From positions 6,947 through 70,946 of the forward strand of contig JAICWE010000008.1 of assembly GCA_025934955.1 (NCBI GenBank): a stretch of DNA of 64,000 bases, written 5' to 3'. Positions 27,829 through 36,559 of the stretch are shown here, piece after piece. The position numbers and the translations under genes were made by a program. This DNA is from Gemmatimonadales bacterium. Its GTDB lineage: Bacteria; Gemmatimonadota; Gemmatimonadetes; Gemmatimonadales; GWC2-71-9. Position 1 is the first letter of the stretch. The number at the start of each line of letters is the position of its first letter. The notes under the pieces were generated by a model. The model did not search any database, was not told the DNA's origin, and saw nothing but the letters and a program-made list of their open reading frames with translations.

Positions 27829-29463
27829 TCACCCCTCCTCCGCGACGAGCCCGGTCCGCCCCGACCACGGCCCCGGCCACCCCGGCAGCGAGAGCCCGAG
27901 CAGCAGCGCGACGATGGACATGATGAACGTGAGCATGTATGCGTCGCTGAAGCCGGCGAGGTGCTCGGCGCAGGACGCCGCACCCTCCGGCATGCGCGGC
28001 GCGGGCGACGTGCGCGCCGCGCCGGCCGTCGGCGCCGCTGTGCCGGTACGGGGAGCGCCGGCGACGCAGAGCCCGGGCGGCTCGGCCGTGGCCCGCACCT
28101 GGCGCGCGTGGTCGGCGGCGCGGACCTGCGGCGCGAGTGGCCCCGCGAGCAGCGTCGCGAGCACCGCGACGCCGACCGCCTGGATGACGTTCCGCGTCGC
28201 GTTCACCAGCGACGATCCGCGCGCCACCCGCGCGATCGGCACCGCGCCTAACGCAGTGGTGAACGTGGACTGCACCGTGGTGCCGAGCGCCAGGCCGCGG
28301 AGCAGCATGAGGAAGGCGACGTAACCCATCGTCGTCGTCGCGGTGAGGTGCGCCAGCTCCCAGGTGTTGTAGACCAGGATCAGATAGCCGAATACCACCA
28401 GCGCTCTCGGGCCGATCCTGTCGTACAGCCGTCCCGCCAGCGGCGTCGTGATCCCCGCAGTGACCGCGAGCGGCAGCAGGATGATCCCGGTGTGAAACGC
28501 CGTCTGCCCGCGCAGCGCCTGCAGATACAGCGGCAGCAGGAACTCGGCGCCGAACAGCGCCAGCACCGATACCCAGCCGACCAGGCAGGCCGCGAGGAAG
28601 ATCCGGTTGCCGAAGAGCGAGAAATCGAGCAGCGGGTCGCGCGCCAGCTTGAGCTCGAACAGCGCCAGCGCGATCATGGCTCCGCCGCCGATGCCGAACC
28701 AGATGAGCGTCGGCGCCGCCGTCCAGCCGCGCGCATCGGCCTGGGTCGCGGCGTAGAGCAGCGCACCGAATCCGATGATCGCGGAGATCAGCCCGCCCAG
28801 GTCGAGTCGCGGGCGCCGCGCGCGGCGGTCCGGTGCGAGCCAGCGGGTCGCGAGCACGACCCCGAGGACGCCGATCGGGACATTGACGAAGAAGATCCAG
28901 CGCCACAGCCCGCGATCCACCAGCGCGCCGCCGAGCACCGGGCCGAGCGCCGGCGCCACCAGCAGCGCCATGCCGAAAAGCCCGAGCGCGGTGCCGCGCT
29001 CCTCCGGGGGGAATGCGGCGTAGAGCTGCGCCGTGCCGAGCGGCAGGGCGATGCCGCCGCCTAACGCCTGGAGCGCCCGCGTCGCGATGAGCACCGGCAG
29101 CGACGGCGCGACCCCGCAGAGCAGCGACCCCAGCACGAAGATGCCCAGCCCGAGCGCGTACATCCGCTTGATCCCGAAGCGGTCGGCGAGGAAGCCGGCG
29201 AGCGGCGTCGCGATGCCGAGCGCCAGCACATAGACGCTGACGATCCACTGGGCGTTGGCCAGTGTGGCGTGGTACTCGCGGCGGAGCGTGGGAAAGGCGA
29301 CGTTGACGACCGTGGTGTCGAGGATCGTCATGAAGATCCCGAACACCACGCAGACCAGCACCTTCCACTTGTTCGCCCGGGGCGCCGCACCTGGACGGTG
29401 TGCGCCGCCCGCCGACGCCTGGGTCTCCGTCACTCCGCCTCCCTCGCGCCGCGTCCGCTGCAT
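27829..29463 (-). CDS. MFS transporter, DHA2 (EmrB/QacA, 14-TM) family
   Basis: Motifs ILDTTVVNVAFPTL, LAGFLADRFGIKR; about 14 TM helices. Confidence 0.9.
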   Translation of the reverse strand: MQRTRREGGGVTETQASAGGAHRPGAAPRANKWKVLVCVVFGIFMTILDTTVVNVAFPTLRREYHATLANAQWIVSVYVLALGIATPLAGFLADRFGIKRMYALGLGIFVLGSLLCGVAPSLPVLIATRALQALGGGIALPLGTAQLYAAFPPEERGTALGLFGMALLVAPALGPVLGGALVDRGLWRWIFFVNVPIGVLGVVLATRWLAPDRRARRPRLDLGGLISAIIGFGALLYAATQADARGWTAAPTLIWFGIGGGAMIALALFELKLARDPLLDFSLFGNRIFLAACLVGWVSVLALFGAEFLLPLYLQALRGQTAFHTGIILLPLAVTAGITTPLAGRLYDRIGPRALVVFGYLILVYNTWELAHLTATTTMGYVAFLMLLRGLALGTTVQSTFTTALGAVPIARVARGSSLVNATRNVIQAVGVAVLATLLAGPLAPQVRAADHARQVRATAEPPGLCVAGAPRTGTAAPTAGAARTSPAPRMPEGAASCAEHLAGFSDAYMLTFIMSIVALLLGLSLPGWPGPWSGRTGLVAEEG

Positions 29464-29513
29464 CGGCCGTGAAGGGGTACACCGCCGCCCGCGATGCTGC
29501 CACTATTCGGGTG

Positions 29514-29936
29514 ATGCCGTCGCTCGATACGCTGATCCGCCGCTTTCAGGCCGTGGACCGGAACACCCGGCTCGAGGCGCTGCTCGACTACTCCCGCAAG
29601 CTGCCGGCGCTGCCCGACCGCTACGAGGCGGAGCGCGCGGCGGGACACAACCGCATTCCCGAGTGCCAGACGCCGGTGTTCCTCTGGGTCGAGCGCGAAG
29701 GCAACCAGGTCCATCTCCACGCCGACGTGCCGCGCGAGTCGCCCACGGTGCGGGGCTACGTGGCACTGCTGGTGAAGGCGCTCGATGGCGCCACCGCGGC
29801 CGACGTCGCCGCCGTGCCGGACGACCTGCTGGACCAGCTCCGCCTCGGCGAGACGCTGGGGATGATGCGGACGCAGGGGCTCACCGCGATTCTCGGCCGG
29901 ATCAAGCGGACGGTGGCGCAGCTGCCCCCGCAGTAG
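29514..29936 (+). CDS. sufE: SufE-family sulfur acceptor protein
   Basis: ATG at 29514 (MPSLDTLIRRF). Conserved Cys context IPECQTPVFLWV. Also MRTQGLTAIL. Confidence 0.85.
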   Translation: MPSLDTLIRRFQAVDRNTRLEALLDYSRKLPALPDRYEAERAAGHNRIPECQTPVFLWVEREGNQVHLHADVPRESPTVRGYVALLVKALDGATAADVAAVPDDLLDQLRLGETLGMMRTQGLTAILGRIKRTVAQLPPQ

Positions 29937-30062
29937 CCCCGGCGGCGGGACGGTCCCCGCCCCTTACGGGCGCGCTCCGGCCTCCCTACATTGGGACACT
30001 CTCCGCTGGGCGGCCCCCGGGCCGCGCGCTGGTCGTTCCTCGCTGCGAGGCACTTCCCTGCC

Positions 30063-30923
30063 ATGGAAGGCACGAAGATCCCCGAGGTAATCGAGCGCCA
30101 TCAGACGGCGCTGCTCGACGATTGGATGAAACAGCAACTCGCGGCCTCGACGCTCCGCTCCGACCTGCTCCCGAGCGCCGAGCTGCGGGAGCAAAGTCGC
30201 GAATTCCTGGAGCTGCTGCGCCAGGCGAGCCGCCAGGCCGGGAGCACCGATGTCGCCGCTCCCGCGTGGCAGCCGCTCAGGGATATGCTGACGCGGGTTT
30301 CCCGCTCGCGCGGCGAGCAGGGGTTCTCCCCGTCGGAAACGGCGACGTTCGTCTTCTCCTTCAAGCAGCCGCTCTTCTCGCGGCTCGCCGAGGCGTACGG
30401 CGGCGACGCCAAGGGCCTCGCGTGGGATACCTGGCTCGCCACGGCGATACTCGACCAGCTCGGTCTCTTCACCACGGAAGTGCATCAGAAGGCGCGGGAA
30501 GCGGTGATCATGCGCCAGCAGCAGGAGATGCTGGAGCTTTCGACCCCGGTGGTGAAGGTGTGGGACGGCGTGCTCGCGCTGCCGCTGATCGGGACGCTGG
30601 ACAGTGCGCGCACCCAGGTCGTCATGGAATCGCTGCTCCAGCGCATCGTCGAGACCGGCGCCGAGGTGGCCATCATCGACATCACCGGGGTGGCGACGGT
30701 GGACACGCTGGTGGCGCAGCACCTGATCAAGACCATCACGGCGGCGCGGCTGATGGGCGCCGACTGCATCGTGAGCGGCATCCGCCCACAGATCGCCGCC
30801 ACCATCGTCCACCTCGGCGTGGACCTGACCGGCGTCGTCACCAAGGCCTCGCTGGCCGACGCGCTGACCCATGCGCTGCAGCGGGTCGGCGTCAGCGTCA
30901 ACGGCCGCCCGGCCCGGGCCTGA
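30063..30923 (+). CDS. rsbR: Stressosome scaffold protein RsbR (N-terminal non-haem-globin-like sensor plus STAS)
   Basis: ATG at 30063. STAS domain LSTPVVKVWDGVLALPLIGTLDSARTQ...AIIDITGVATVDT, with both conserved phospho-Thr contexts (GTLDS, VDT). Confidence 0.85.
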   Translation: MEGTKIPEVIERHQTALLDDWMKQQLAASTLRSDLLPSAELREQSREFLELLRQASRQAGSTDVAAPAWQPLRDMLTRVSRSRGEQGFSPSETATFVFSFKQPLFSRLAEAYGGDAKGLAWDTWLATAILDQLGLFTTEVHQKAREAVIMRQQQEMLELSTPVVKVWDGVLALPLIGTLDSARTQVVMESLLQRIVETGAEVAIIDITGVATVDTLVAQHLIKTITAARLMGADCIVSGIRPQIAATIVHLGVDLTGVVTKASLADALTHALQRVGVSVNGRPARA

Positions 30924-30936
30924 GCGGACGTCCGGC

Positions 30937-31332
30937 GTGGAACGGATTCCGATCCTCAAGATGGGCGACTTCCTCCTGGTGACGATCCAGGTGGACATGC
31001 ACGACCGGCTCGCCATGACGCTCCAGGACGACCTCACCGAGCGGATCAGCCGAACCGGCGCGCATGGCGTGCTGATCGACATCTCCTCGCTCGAGATCGT
31101 GGACTCGTTCATCGGCCGGATGCTGGCGAACATCGCCGGCATGGCACGCGTCCTCGACGCAGCGACCGTCGTCGTCGGCATGCAGCCGGCCGTCGCGATC
31201 ACTCTGGTGGAGCTCGGCCTCGAGCTGCCCGGCGTGCGCACGGCACTCGACGTGGACAAGGGCATGCGGGTGTTGCGGCACGCGCTCGGACGTCCGACGC
31301 CCCAGGAGGCGGATGCCGGCGCTGAAGGATGA
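30937..31332 (+). CDS. rsbS: Stressosome protein RsbS (single STAS domain)
   Basis: GTG at 30937 (VERIPILKMGDFLLVTIQVD). Conserved phospho-Ser context DISSLEIVDSF. Confidence 0.85.
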   Translation: MERIPILKMGDFLLVTIQVDMHDRLAMTLQDDLTERISRTGAHGVLIDISSLEIVDSFIGRMLANIAGMARVLDAATVVVGMQPAVAITLVELGLELPGVRTALDVDKGMRVLRHALGRPTPQEADAGAEG

Positions 31333-31717
31333 GATGCTCCCGATCCGCGCCGATTCCGATATCGTGCTGGTTCGGCAGGCCGCCCGGAGCTGGTCCATCG
31401 ACGCCGGCTTTTCGCTGGTGGAGCAGACCAAGATGGTGACCGCGGCGAGCGAGCTGGCGCGTAACACGCTCGTGTACGGCGGCGGCGGCACGGTGCGGCT
31501 GGAGGCGCTGGAGGAGAACGGGCGTCGCGGCCTCCGACTGACGTTCGAGGACCGCGGGCCCGGCATTCCCGACCTCGAGCTGGCGCTGCGCGACGGCTTC
31601 AGCACCGGCACCGGCTTGGGCCTCGGCCTCAGCGGCTCGCGGCGGCTGGTGAACGAGTTCAGCATCGAATCGCAGCGCGGCGAAGGAACCCGTGTCGTCA
31701 TCGCTCGCTGGCGGTGA
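31313..31717 (+). CDS. rsbT: Serine kinase / switch protein RsbT (GHKL, HATPase_c_2 type)
   Basis: N-box ASELARNTLVYG, G-boxes EDRGPGI and GTGLGLGLSGSRRL. The start is either 31313 (overlapping rsbS) or ATG 31334 (1 nt after the rsbS stop). Confidence 0.85.
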   Translation: MPALKDEMLPIRADSDIVLVRQAARSWSIDAGFSLVEQTKMVTAASELARNTLVYGGGGTVRLEALEENGRRGLRLTFEDRGPGIPDLELALRDGFSTGTGLGLGLSGSRRLVNEFSIESQRGEGTRVVIARWR

Positions 31718-32744
31718 GCCGCTTCGGTCGGCCCAGCTCCGCGTCCCGCTCGACGACAGCTCCGACGTGGGCGAGGCGCGACGGGTCGCCTGCACGCTGG
31801 CCCGCTCGCTCGGCTTCGATGAGGTGCGCCGGGGCGGTGTGGCGCTGGCGGTGACCGAGGCCGCGGCCAACGCGGTGCGCCACGGCAAGCGGGGCGAGCT
31901 GCTGTTCCGCAACGCCGGCGCCGAGGGCGAGCCGGCGCTTGAGGCGGTCTGCCTCGACCGCGGCCCGGGGATGGCGAACGTCGCCGAGTGCCTGCGCGAC
32001 GGCCACTCCACCGGGGGCACACCCGGCACCGGGCTCGGCGCGATGATGCGTGCGGCCGACTTCTTCGATATTACGTCGGCGGTCGGGGCCGGAACTGCTC
32101 TCGTACTCCGCTTCGGGCGGGGGGCCGGAGGGCCGGGGCTGTCCTCGCCCGCGACGCTCGGGGTAGTGTGTCTGCCGAAGCCGGGCGAGGCGGAGTCGGG
32201 CGACGCATGGTCCGCGCGGTTGCGGCCCGACGGCGCGTCGCTGCTGCTGGCGGACGGCCTGGGCCACGGCGCGCTGGCCGCCGCCGCCGCGGCCCAGGCG
32301 GTACGGCTGTTTCAGCAGGCGCCCGCCGAGGCGCCGGCGGCGCTGCTCGACCGCATTCATCGCGGGCTGCGAAGCACCCGCGGCGCGGCGGCCGCGGTGG
32401 TGCAGCTCGATCGTCCGGGCGGCGACGCACGCTTCGCCGGCATCGGCAACATCGCCGTCGCGATTCTCCACCGCGGGACATCGCGCAGTCTCATTTCGTT
32501 CAGCGGCATCGTGGGGCATCAGGTGCGGAAGATTCAGGAGCTCCAGTATCCCTGGCCCGAGCAGGCCATGCTGGTGATGCACTCCGACGGGTTGCAGACC
32601 CAATGGAAGCTCGACGGCTATCCCGGTCTCACGCAGCGCGACCCGAGTCTGGTCGCCGCGGTGCTGTATCGCGACTTCTCCCGCGAGCGGGACGACGTGT
32701 GCGTGCTGGTGTATCGGCCCGGGGCACCGGGCACGGAGCGCTGA
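31692..32744 (+). CDS. RsbT/RsbW-like GHKL module fused to a PP2C/SpoIIE phosphatase (RsbX position)
   Basis: GTG start at 31692. N-terminal module VTEAAANAVRHG, LDRGPGM, GTPGTGLGAMMR. C-terminal PP2C module ESGDAWS...LLLADGLGHGALAAAAA...MHSDGL. Confidence 0.8.
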   Translation: MSSSLAGGEPLRSAQLRVPLDDSSDVGEARRVACTLARSLGFDEVRRGGVALAVTEAAANAVRHGKRGELLFRNAGAEGEPALEAVCLDRGPGMANVAECLRDGHSTGGTPGTGLGAMMRAADFFDITSAVGAGTALVLRFGRGAGGPGLSSPATLGVVCLPKPGEAESGDAWSARLRPDGASLLLADGLGHGALAAAAAAQAVRLFQQAPAEAPAALLDRIHRGLRSTRGAAAAVVQLDRPGGDARFAGIGNIAVAILHRGTSRSLISFSGIVGHQVRKIQELQYPWPEQAMLVMHSDGLQTQWKLDGYPGLTQRDPSLVAAVLYRDFSRERDDVCVLVYRPGAPGTER

Positions 32745-34117
32745 TGGCGCTGCCGCTTCTCTCGGTCGAGCTCCGGGGCGAGCAGGACATCGTGCTCGCA
32801 CGCCAGCGCGCGCGGCAGATCGCCGCACACCTGGGGCTCGACTCCCAGGACCAGACCCGCCTCGCCACCGCCGTCTCCGAGCTGGCGCGCAACGCCTGGC
32901 AGTACGCCGGCGGCGGCCGGGTGGAGTACGGGCTGCACGGCCACGACAGTCTGCTCACGGTGACGGTGTCCGATCGGGGACCCGGCATCCCGCACCTCGG
33001 CCTCGTCCTCGACGGCCGCTACGACTCGCCCACCGGCATGGGCGTCGGCATCGTCGGATCGCGCCGGCTGGTGGATCAGTTCGAGGTGGACACGGAGCCG
33101 GGCCGCGGCACCCGCATCGTCATGGGGAAGCGGCTGCCGCGGCTCGAGAGCGGCGCGGTACCGGCGATCGCCGAGCTGGCGCACGCCCTCGCGGCCACCG
33201 CCCCGGACGGCGCCTCGACGGAGTTGCGGGAGCAGAACCGGGAGCTGCTCAACACGCTGTCCGCGCTCCAGGCGCGGCAGCTCGAGATCGAGCGGCTCAA
33301 CGGTGAGCTGGCCGAGACCAATCGCGGCGTGCTGGCGCTCTACGGCGAGCTGGACGAGAAGGCGGCGGAGCTGGCCCGCGCGTCGGAGCTCAAGTCGCAG
33401 TTCCTGTCCGACATGAGCCACGAGCTGCGGACCCCGCTGCACTCGATCATCAATCTCACCCGCCTGCTGCTGGAGCGGCTCGACGGTCCGCTCACGCCGG
33501 AGCAGCAGCGCCAGGTCGCCCTGATCCGGCAGTCGGCGACCGGACTCTCGCAACTGGTGAACGATCTGCTCGACCTGGCGCGGATCGAGGCGGGCAAGAC
33601 GACGCTGCGGGCATCGGTCTTCGAGCTCGCCGAGGTCTGCGCCACGCTGCGCGGCGTTTTCCGTCCGCTGGTCGCGGGTGACGCGGTGTCGCTGGTCTTC
33701 GCCGAGCCGCCGCGGCTGCCGGTCTTCCATACCGATGAAGGGCGCCTGTCCCAGATCCTGCGCAACCTGATCTCCAACGCGCTCAAGTTCACCGCCGCGG
33801 GCGAGGTGGTCGTGTCCGCGGCGCCGGAGCGCGACGGCACCGTCCGGATCAGCGTGCGCGACACCGGCATCGGCATCGCAGCGGGAGATCAGGAGCGCAT
33901 CTTCGAGCCGTACGTGCAGCTGGACAACCCGCTTCAGCGCAACGCCACCGGGACCGGGCTCGGCCTTCCGCTCTCGCGCCGGCTCGCTACCCTGCTCGGC
34001 GGGACGCTCACCGTAACCAGCACACCGGGCGAGGGCTCGTGCTTCACACTGACGATCCCGCCGCTGTTGCCGGGGCTGCCGGCGAGTGACGCCAGACTGG
34101 AGTTGGAGCATGCCTGA
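32744..34117 (+). CDS. Soluble histidine kinase with N-terminal RsbT-like GHKL module, coiled coil, HisKA and HATPase_c
   Basis: I used the ATG at 32744 (TGATG overlap with the previous stop) rather than the 709-aa track ORF. N-terminal module VSELARNAWQYA, SDRGPGI, GMGVGIVGSRRL. H-box FLSDMSHELRTPL. Kinase N/G boxes NLISNALKFT, DTGIGI, GTGLGL. No TM helix. Confidence 0.85.
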   Translation: MALPLLSVELRGEQDIVLARQRARQIAAHLGLDSQDQTRLATAVSELARNAWQYAGGGRVEYGLHGHDSLLTVTVSDRGPGIPHLGLVLDGRYDSPTGMGVGIVGSRRLVDQFEVDTEPGRGTRIVMGKRLPRLESGAVPAIAELAHALAATAPDGASTELREQNRELLNTLSALQARQLEIERLNGELAETNRGVLALYGELDEKAAELARASELKSQFLSDMSHELRTPLHSIINLTRLLLERLDGPLTPEQQRQVALIRQSATGLSQLVNDLLDLARIEAGKTTLRASVFELAEVCATLRGVFRPLVAGDAVSLVFAEPPRLPVFHTDEGRLSQILRNLISNALKFTAAGEVVVSAAPERDGTVRISVRDTGIGIAAGDQERIFEPYVQLDNPLQRNATGTGLGLPLSRRLATLLGGTLTVTSTPGEGSCFTLTIPPLLPGLPASDARLELEHA

Positions 34118-36035
34118 CACGCTGATCGGCGCGCGCATCCTCGTGGTGGACGACACGGAGGCGAATCGCTACGCCATTGGGCGGATTCTCGCGGCCGGCG
34201 GCTGCCGCGTGACCGAGGCGGCCAACGCGCGGGAGGCGCTGCGGCTGTTCGCCGCGGAGGACTTCGATCTGCTGACGCTGGACGTGCGGATGCCGGATAT
34301 GAGCGGCATCGAACTGTGCCGTCAGCTCAAGGCCGATCCCGCCACCGCATCGGTGCCGGTGCTCCAGATATCGGCGAGTTTCACCGATGACGCGAGCCGG
34401 GTGCGTGGGCTCGACGCCGGTGCCGATGGCTACCTGACACACCCCCTTGACCCGGCCCTGCTCGTCGCGACCGTGCGCGCGCTGCTGCGGATGGCGCGCG
34501 CGGAGGAGCGGCTGCGGGAGAGCGAGCGGCGCTACCGCTTCCTCGCGGAATCGATCCCGCAGATCGTGTGGACGGCGAGCCCCGAAGGCACGGTGGATTA
34601 CGTCAACAATCACCTGGTGGAATACACCGGCCTGCCGGCCGAGGCCGCGCTGCAGCCGAACTGGGCCGACCTGATCCATCCGGACGACGTCGGCGAGACG
34701 ATGACCGCGTGGCGCGACTCGCTCGCGTCGGGACGGGATTACTGGGTGCAGCACCGCCTGCGGCGCCACGACGGTGAGTACCGCTGGTTCCTCTCCCGCG
34801 CCAGCGCGATGCGTGACGTCGACGGCCGGGTCCGCTCGTGGTTCGGCACGGCGACCGACATCGAGGAAGTGCGCCAGACGGGGGAGCGCATGCGCCACGC
34901 GCACAAGCTGGAGGCCGTCGGGCGGCTCGCGGGCGGGATGGCCCACGAAATCAACAACATGATGACGGCGATCATCGGCTTCGGCGAATTCGCGCTGCGC
35001 CAGATCGGCGAGTCGCCCGGGGCGGCGGACGTCCGCGAGATGGTGACGGCCGCCGAGCGCTCGGCGGGGATCGTGCGACAGGTGCTCGCGTTCGGGCGGC
35101 GGCAGCACGTGCAGCTGGCGCGGCTGGATCTGAACGACATCATCCGCGAGCTCGAGCCGATGCTGCTCCAACTGCTTGCGCCGCCGGTCGAGCTGGCATT
35201 CGAGCTGGCGCCCGGCGCGGCGGTCGCCGTGGCCGATCGAGGCCAGCTGGAGCAGCTGCTGGTCAACCTCGCCCTCAATGCGCGGGACGCGATGCCCGAC
35301 GGCGGCCGCGTCGTCGTTCACACCCGGCCGGTGCAGCTCGACGACGAATTCGCCCGCCGCCGGCCCGAGATCGACCTGCGCCCCGGGTCGTACATCGAGC
35401 TGTCGGTGCGCGATACCGGTCACGGCATGTCGCCCGAAGTCCTGGCCCGCGCGCTGGAGCCGTTCTTCACCACCAAGCCGGTGGGACAGGGATCGGGACT
35501 CGGGCTCTCGACCGCGTACGGCATCGTGAAGCAGAGCGGCGGCTACGTCTTCCTCGAGAGCGAGCCGGGCCGCGGCACGACGGTGCGGGTCTATCTCTGC
35601 TGCGCCGACGCGGTCGACCCGATAACGCCCCCGGAACGCGAGCCCGTGCGGCGCGGCGGCGAGACGGTGCTGGTGGTCGAGGACGAGCCGATGGTGCGGG
35701 CGCTCACCTGCCGCGCGCTCGAGGAGTACGGCTACCGTGTGCGCGCCGCGTCCGACGGTCTCGCGGCACTCGCCGCGCTCGCGGCCGACGGGAATGTCGA
35801 CCTCGTCCTCACCGACGCCGCCATGCCCAACCTGACCGGGCGCCAGCTCGCCGAGCGCATCACCGCGCTGTACCCGCAGCTGCCGGTGCTGTTCATGTCC
35901 GCCTACGCCGATACCGAGAGCATCCGCCGCGGCCTCGTCCCGCCGGACGCGCGGCTGATCCAGAAGCCATTCACGCCCGAAGGGCTCGCCAGTACCGTCC
36001 GCGGTTTCCTCGACACCAGAGAGGTCCACACCTGA
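34110..36035 (+). CDS. Hybrid sensor kinase: REC-PAS-HisKA-HATPase_c-REC
   Basis: ATG at 34110, an 8-nt overlap with the previous gene. REC1 is ILVVDDTE...LLTLDVRMPDMSG. A PAS domain follows (IPQIVWTASPEGTVDYVN). The H-box is GGMAHEINN and the HATPase boxes are NLALNARDAM, DTGHGM and GSGLGLS. REC2 is VLVVEDEP...LVLTDAAMPNLTG. Confidence 0.9.
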   Translation: MPDTLIGARILVVDDTEANRYAIGRILAAGGCRVTEAANAREALRLFAAEDFDLLTLDVRMPDMSGIELCRQLKADPATASVPVLQISASFTDDASRVRGLDAGADGYLTHPLDPALLVATVRALLRMARAEERLRESERRYRFLAESIPQIVWTASPEGTVDYVNNHLVEYTGLPAEAALQPNWADLIHPDDVGETMTAWRDSLASGRDYWVQHRLRRHDGEYRWFLSRASAMRDVDGRVRSWFGTATDIEEVRQTGERMRHAHKLEAVGRLAGGMAHEINNMMTAIIGFGEFALRQIGESPGAADVREMVTAAERSAGIVRQVLAFGRRQHVQLARLDLNDIIRELEPMLLQLLAPPVELAFELAPGAAVAVADRGQLEQLLVNLALNARDAMPDGGRVVVHTRPVQLDDEFARRRPEIDLRPGSYIELSVRDTGHGMSPEVLARALEPFFTTKPVGQGSGLGLSTAYGIVKQSGGYVFLESEPGRGTTVRVYLCCADAVDPITPPEREPVRRGGETVLVVEDEPMVRALTCRALEEYGYRVRAASDGLAALAALAADGNVDLVLTDAAMPNLTGRQLAERITALYPQLPVLFMSAYADTESIRRGLVPPDARLIQKPFTPEGLASTVRGFLDTREVHT

Positions 36036-36559
36036 TCCGCCTGCCCCTTGCCCGCCGGCCGCGCCGCGCCTCGCGCCCGGCCGCGCGCTGGCCGCTCCTC
36101 GCCGCTCTCGCCCTCGCCGCATGCGGGCCCCACGCGGCCCCGGAGAACGGCGACCCCTCGTTCCCCGTGAGCGGCGACCCTGCCTCCCTTCGTTTCGCTC
36201 CTTCGCTGCACGTGAATCTCGCGGCGATGACGCGCACGGCCTCCGGCCTCTACTATCGTGACCTCACCGAGGGCCACGGCGCCCAGGCCGATGGACGCAC
36301 CGCGGTGGTGCACTACACCGGCTGGCTGGCCAACGGCAAACGGTTCGACACCAGCCGCGGCGGACAGCCGCTCGCCTTCCGCGTCGGCGCCGGCGAGGTG
36401 ATCGCCGGCTGGGACGAGGGCGTCGCCGGCATGCGCGTCGGCGGCCGGCGGCTCCTGGTGGTGCCGCCGGGCCTCGGTTACGGCGCGCAAGGCGCCGACG
36501 ATGCGATCCCGCCTGACGCCACGCTGGTCTTCGACGTGGAGCTGATCGATGTCCGATAG
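36032..36559 (+). CDS. FKBP-type peptidyl-prolyl cis-trans isomerase, possibly a lipoprotein; start uncertain
   Basis: FKBP core: GLYYRDLTEGHGAQA...VVHYTGWLANGKRFDTS...GWDEGVAGMRVGGRR...LVFDVELIDV. Canonical starts are ATG 36227 and GTG 36167. The frame upstream encodes a lipobox (LLAALALAAC|G) with high GC3 but has only CTG codons (36032, 36041). The stop is firm. Confidence 0.8.
   Translation: MIRLPLARRPRRASRPAARWPLLAALALAACGPHAAPENGDPSFPVSGDPASLRFAPSLHVNLAAMTRTASGLYYRDLTEGHGAQADGRTAVVHYTGWLANGKRFDTSRGGQPLAFRVGAGEVIAGWDEGVAGMRVGGRRLLVVPPGLGYGAQGADDAIPPDATLVFDVELIDVR

Noticed and set aside
31988-32743. N-terminal 252-aa extension of the histidine kinase ORF (track ORF 31988-34117).
   Set aside because: It overlaps the RsbT-like/PP2C gene out of frame and is Arg/Gly-rich. 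The RsbT-like module begins at the ATG at 32744, which forms a TGATG junction with the preceding stop.
34044-36122. 692-aa minus-strand ORF opposite the hybrid histidine kinase.
   Set aside because: It is a shadow ORF. The plus strand encodes complete REC, PAS, HisKA and HATPase motifs in this interval.
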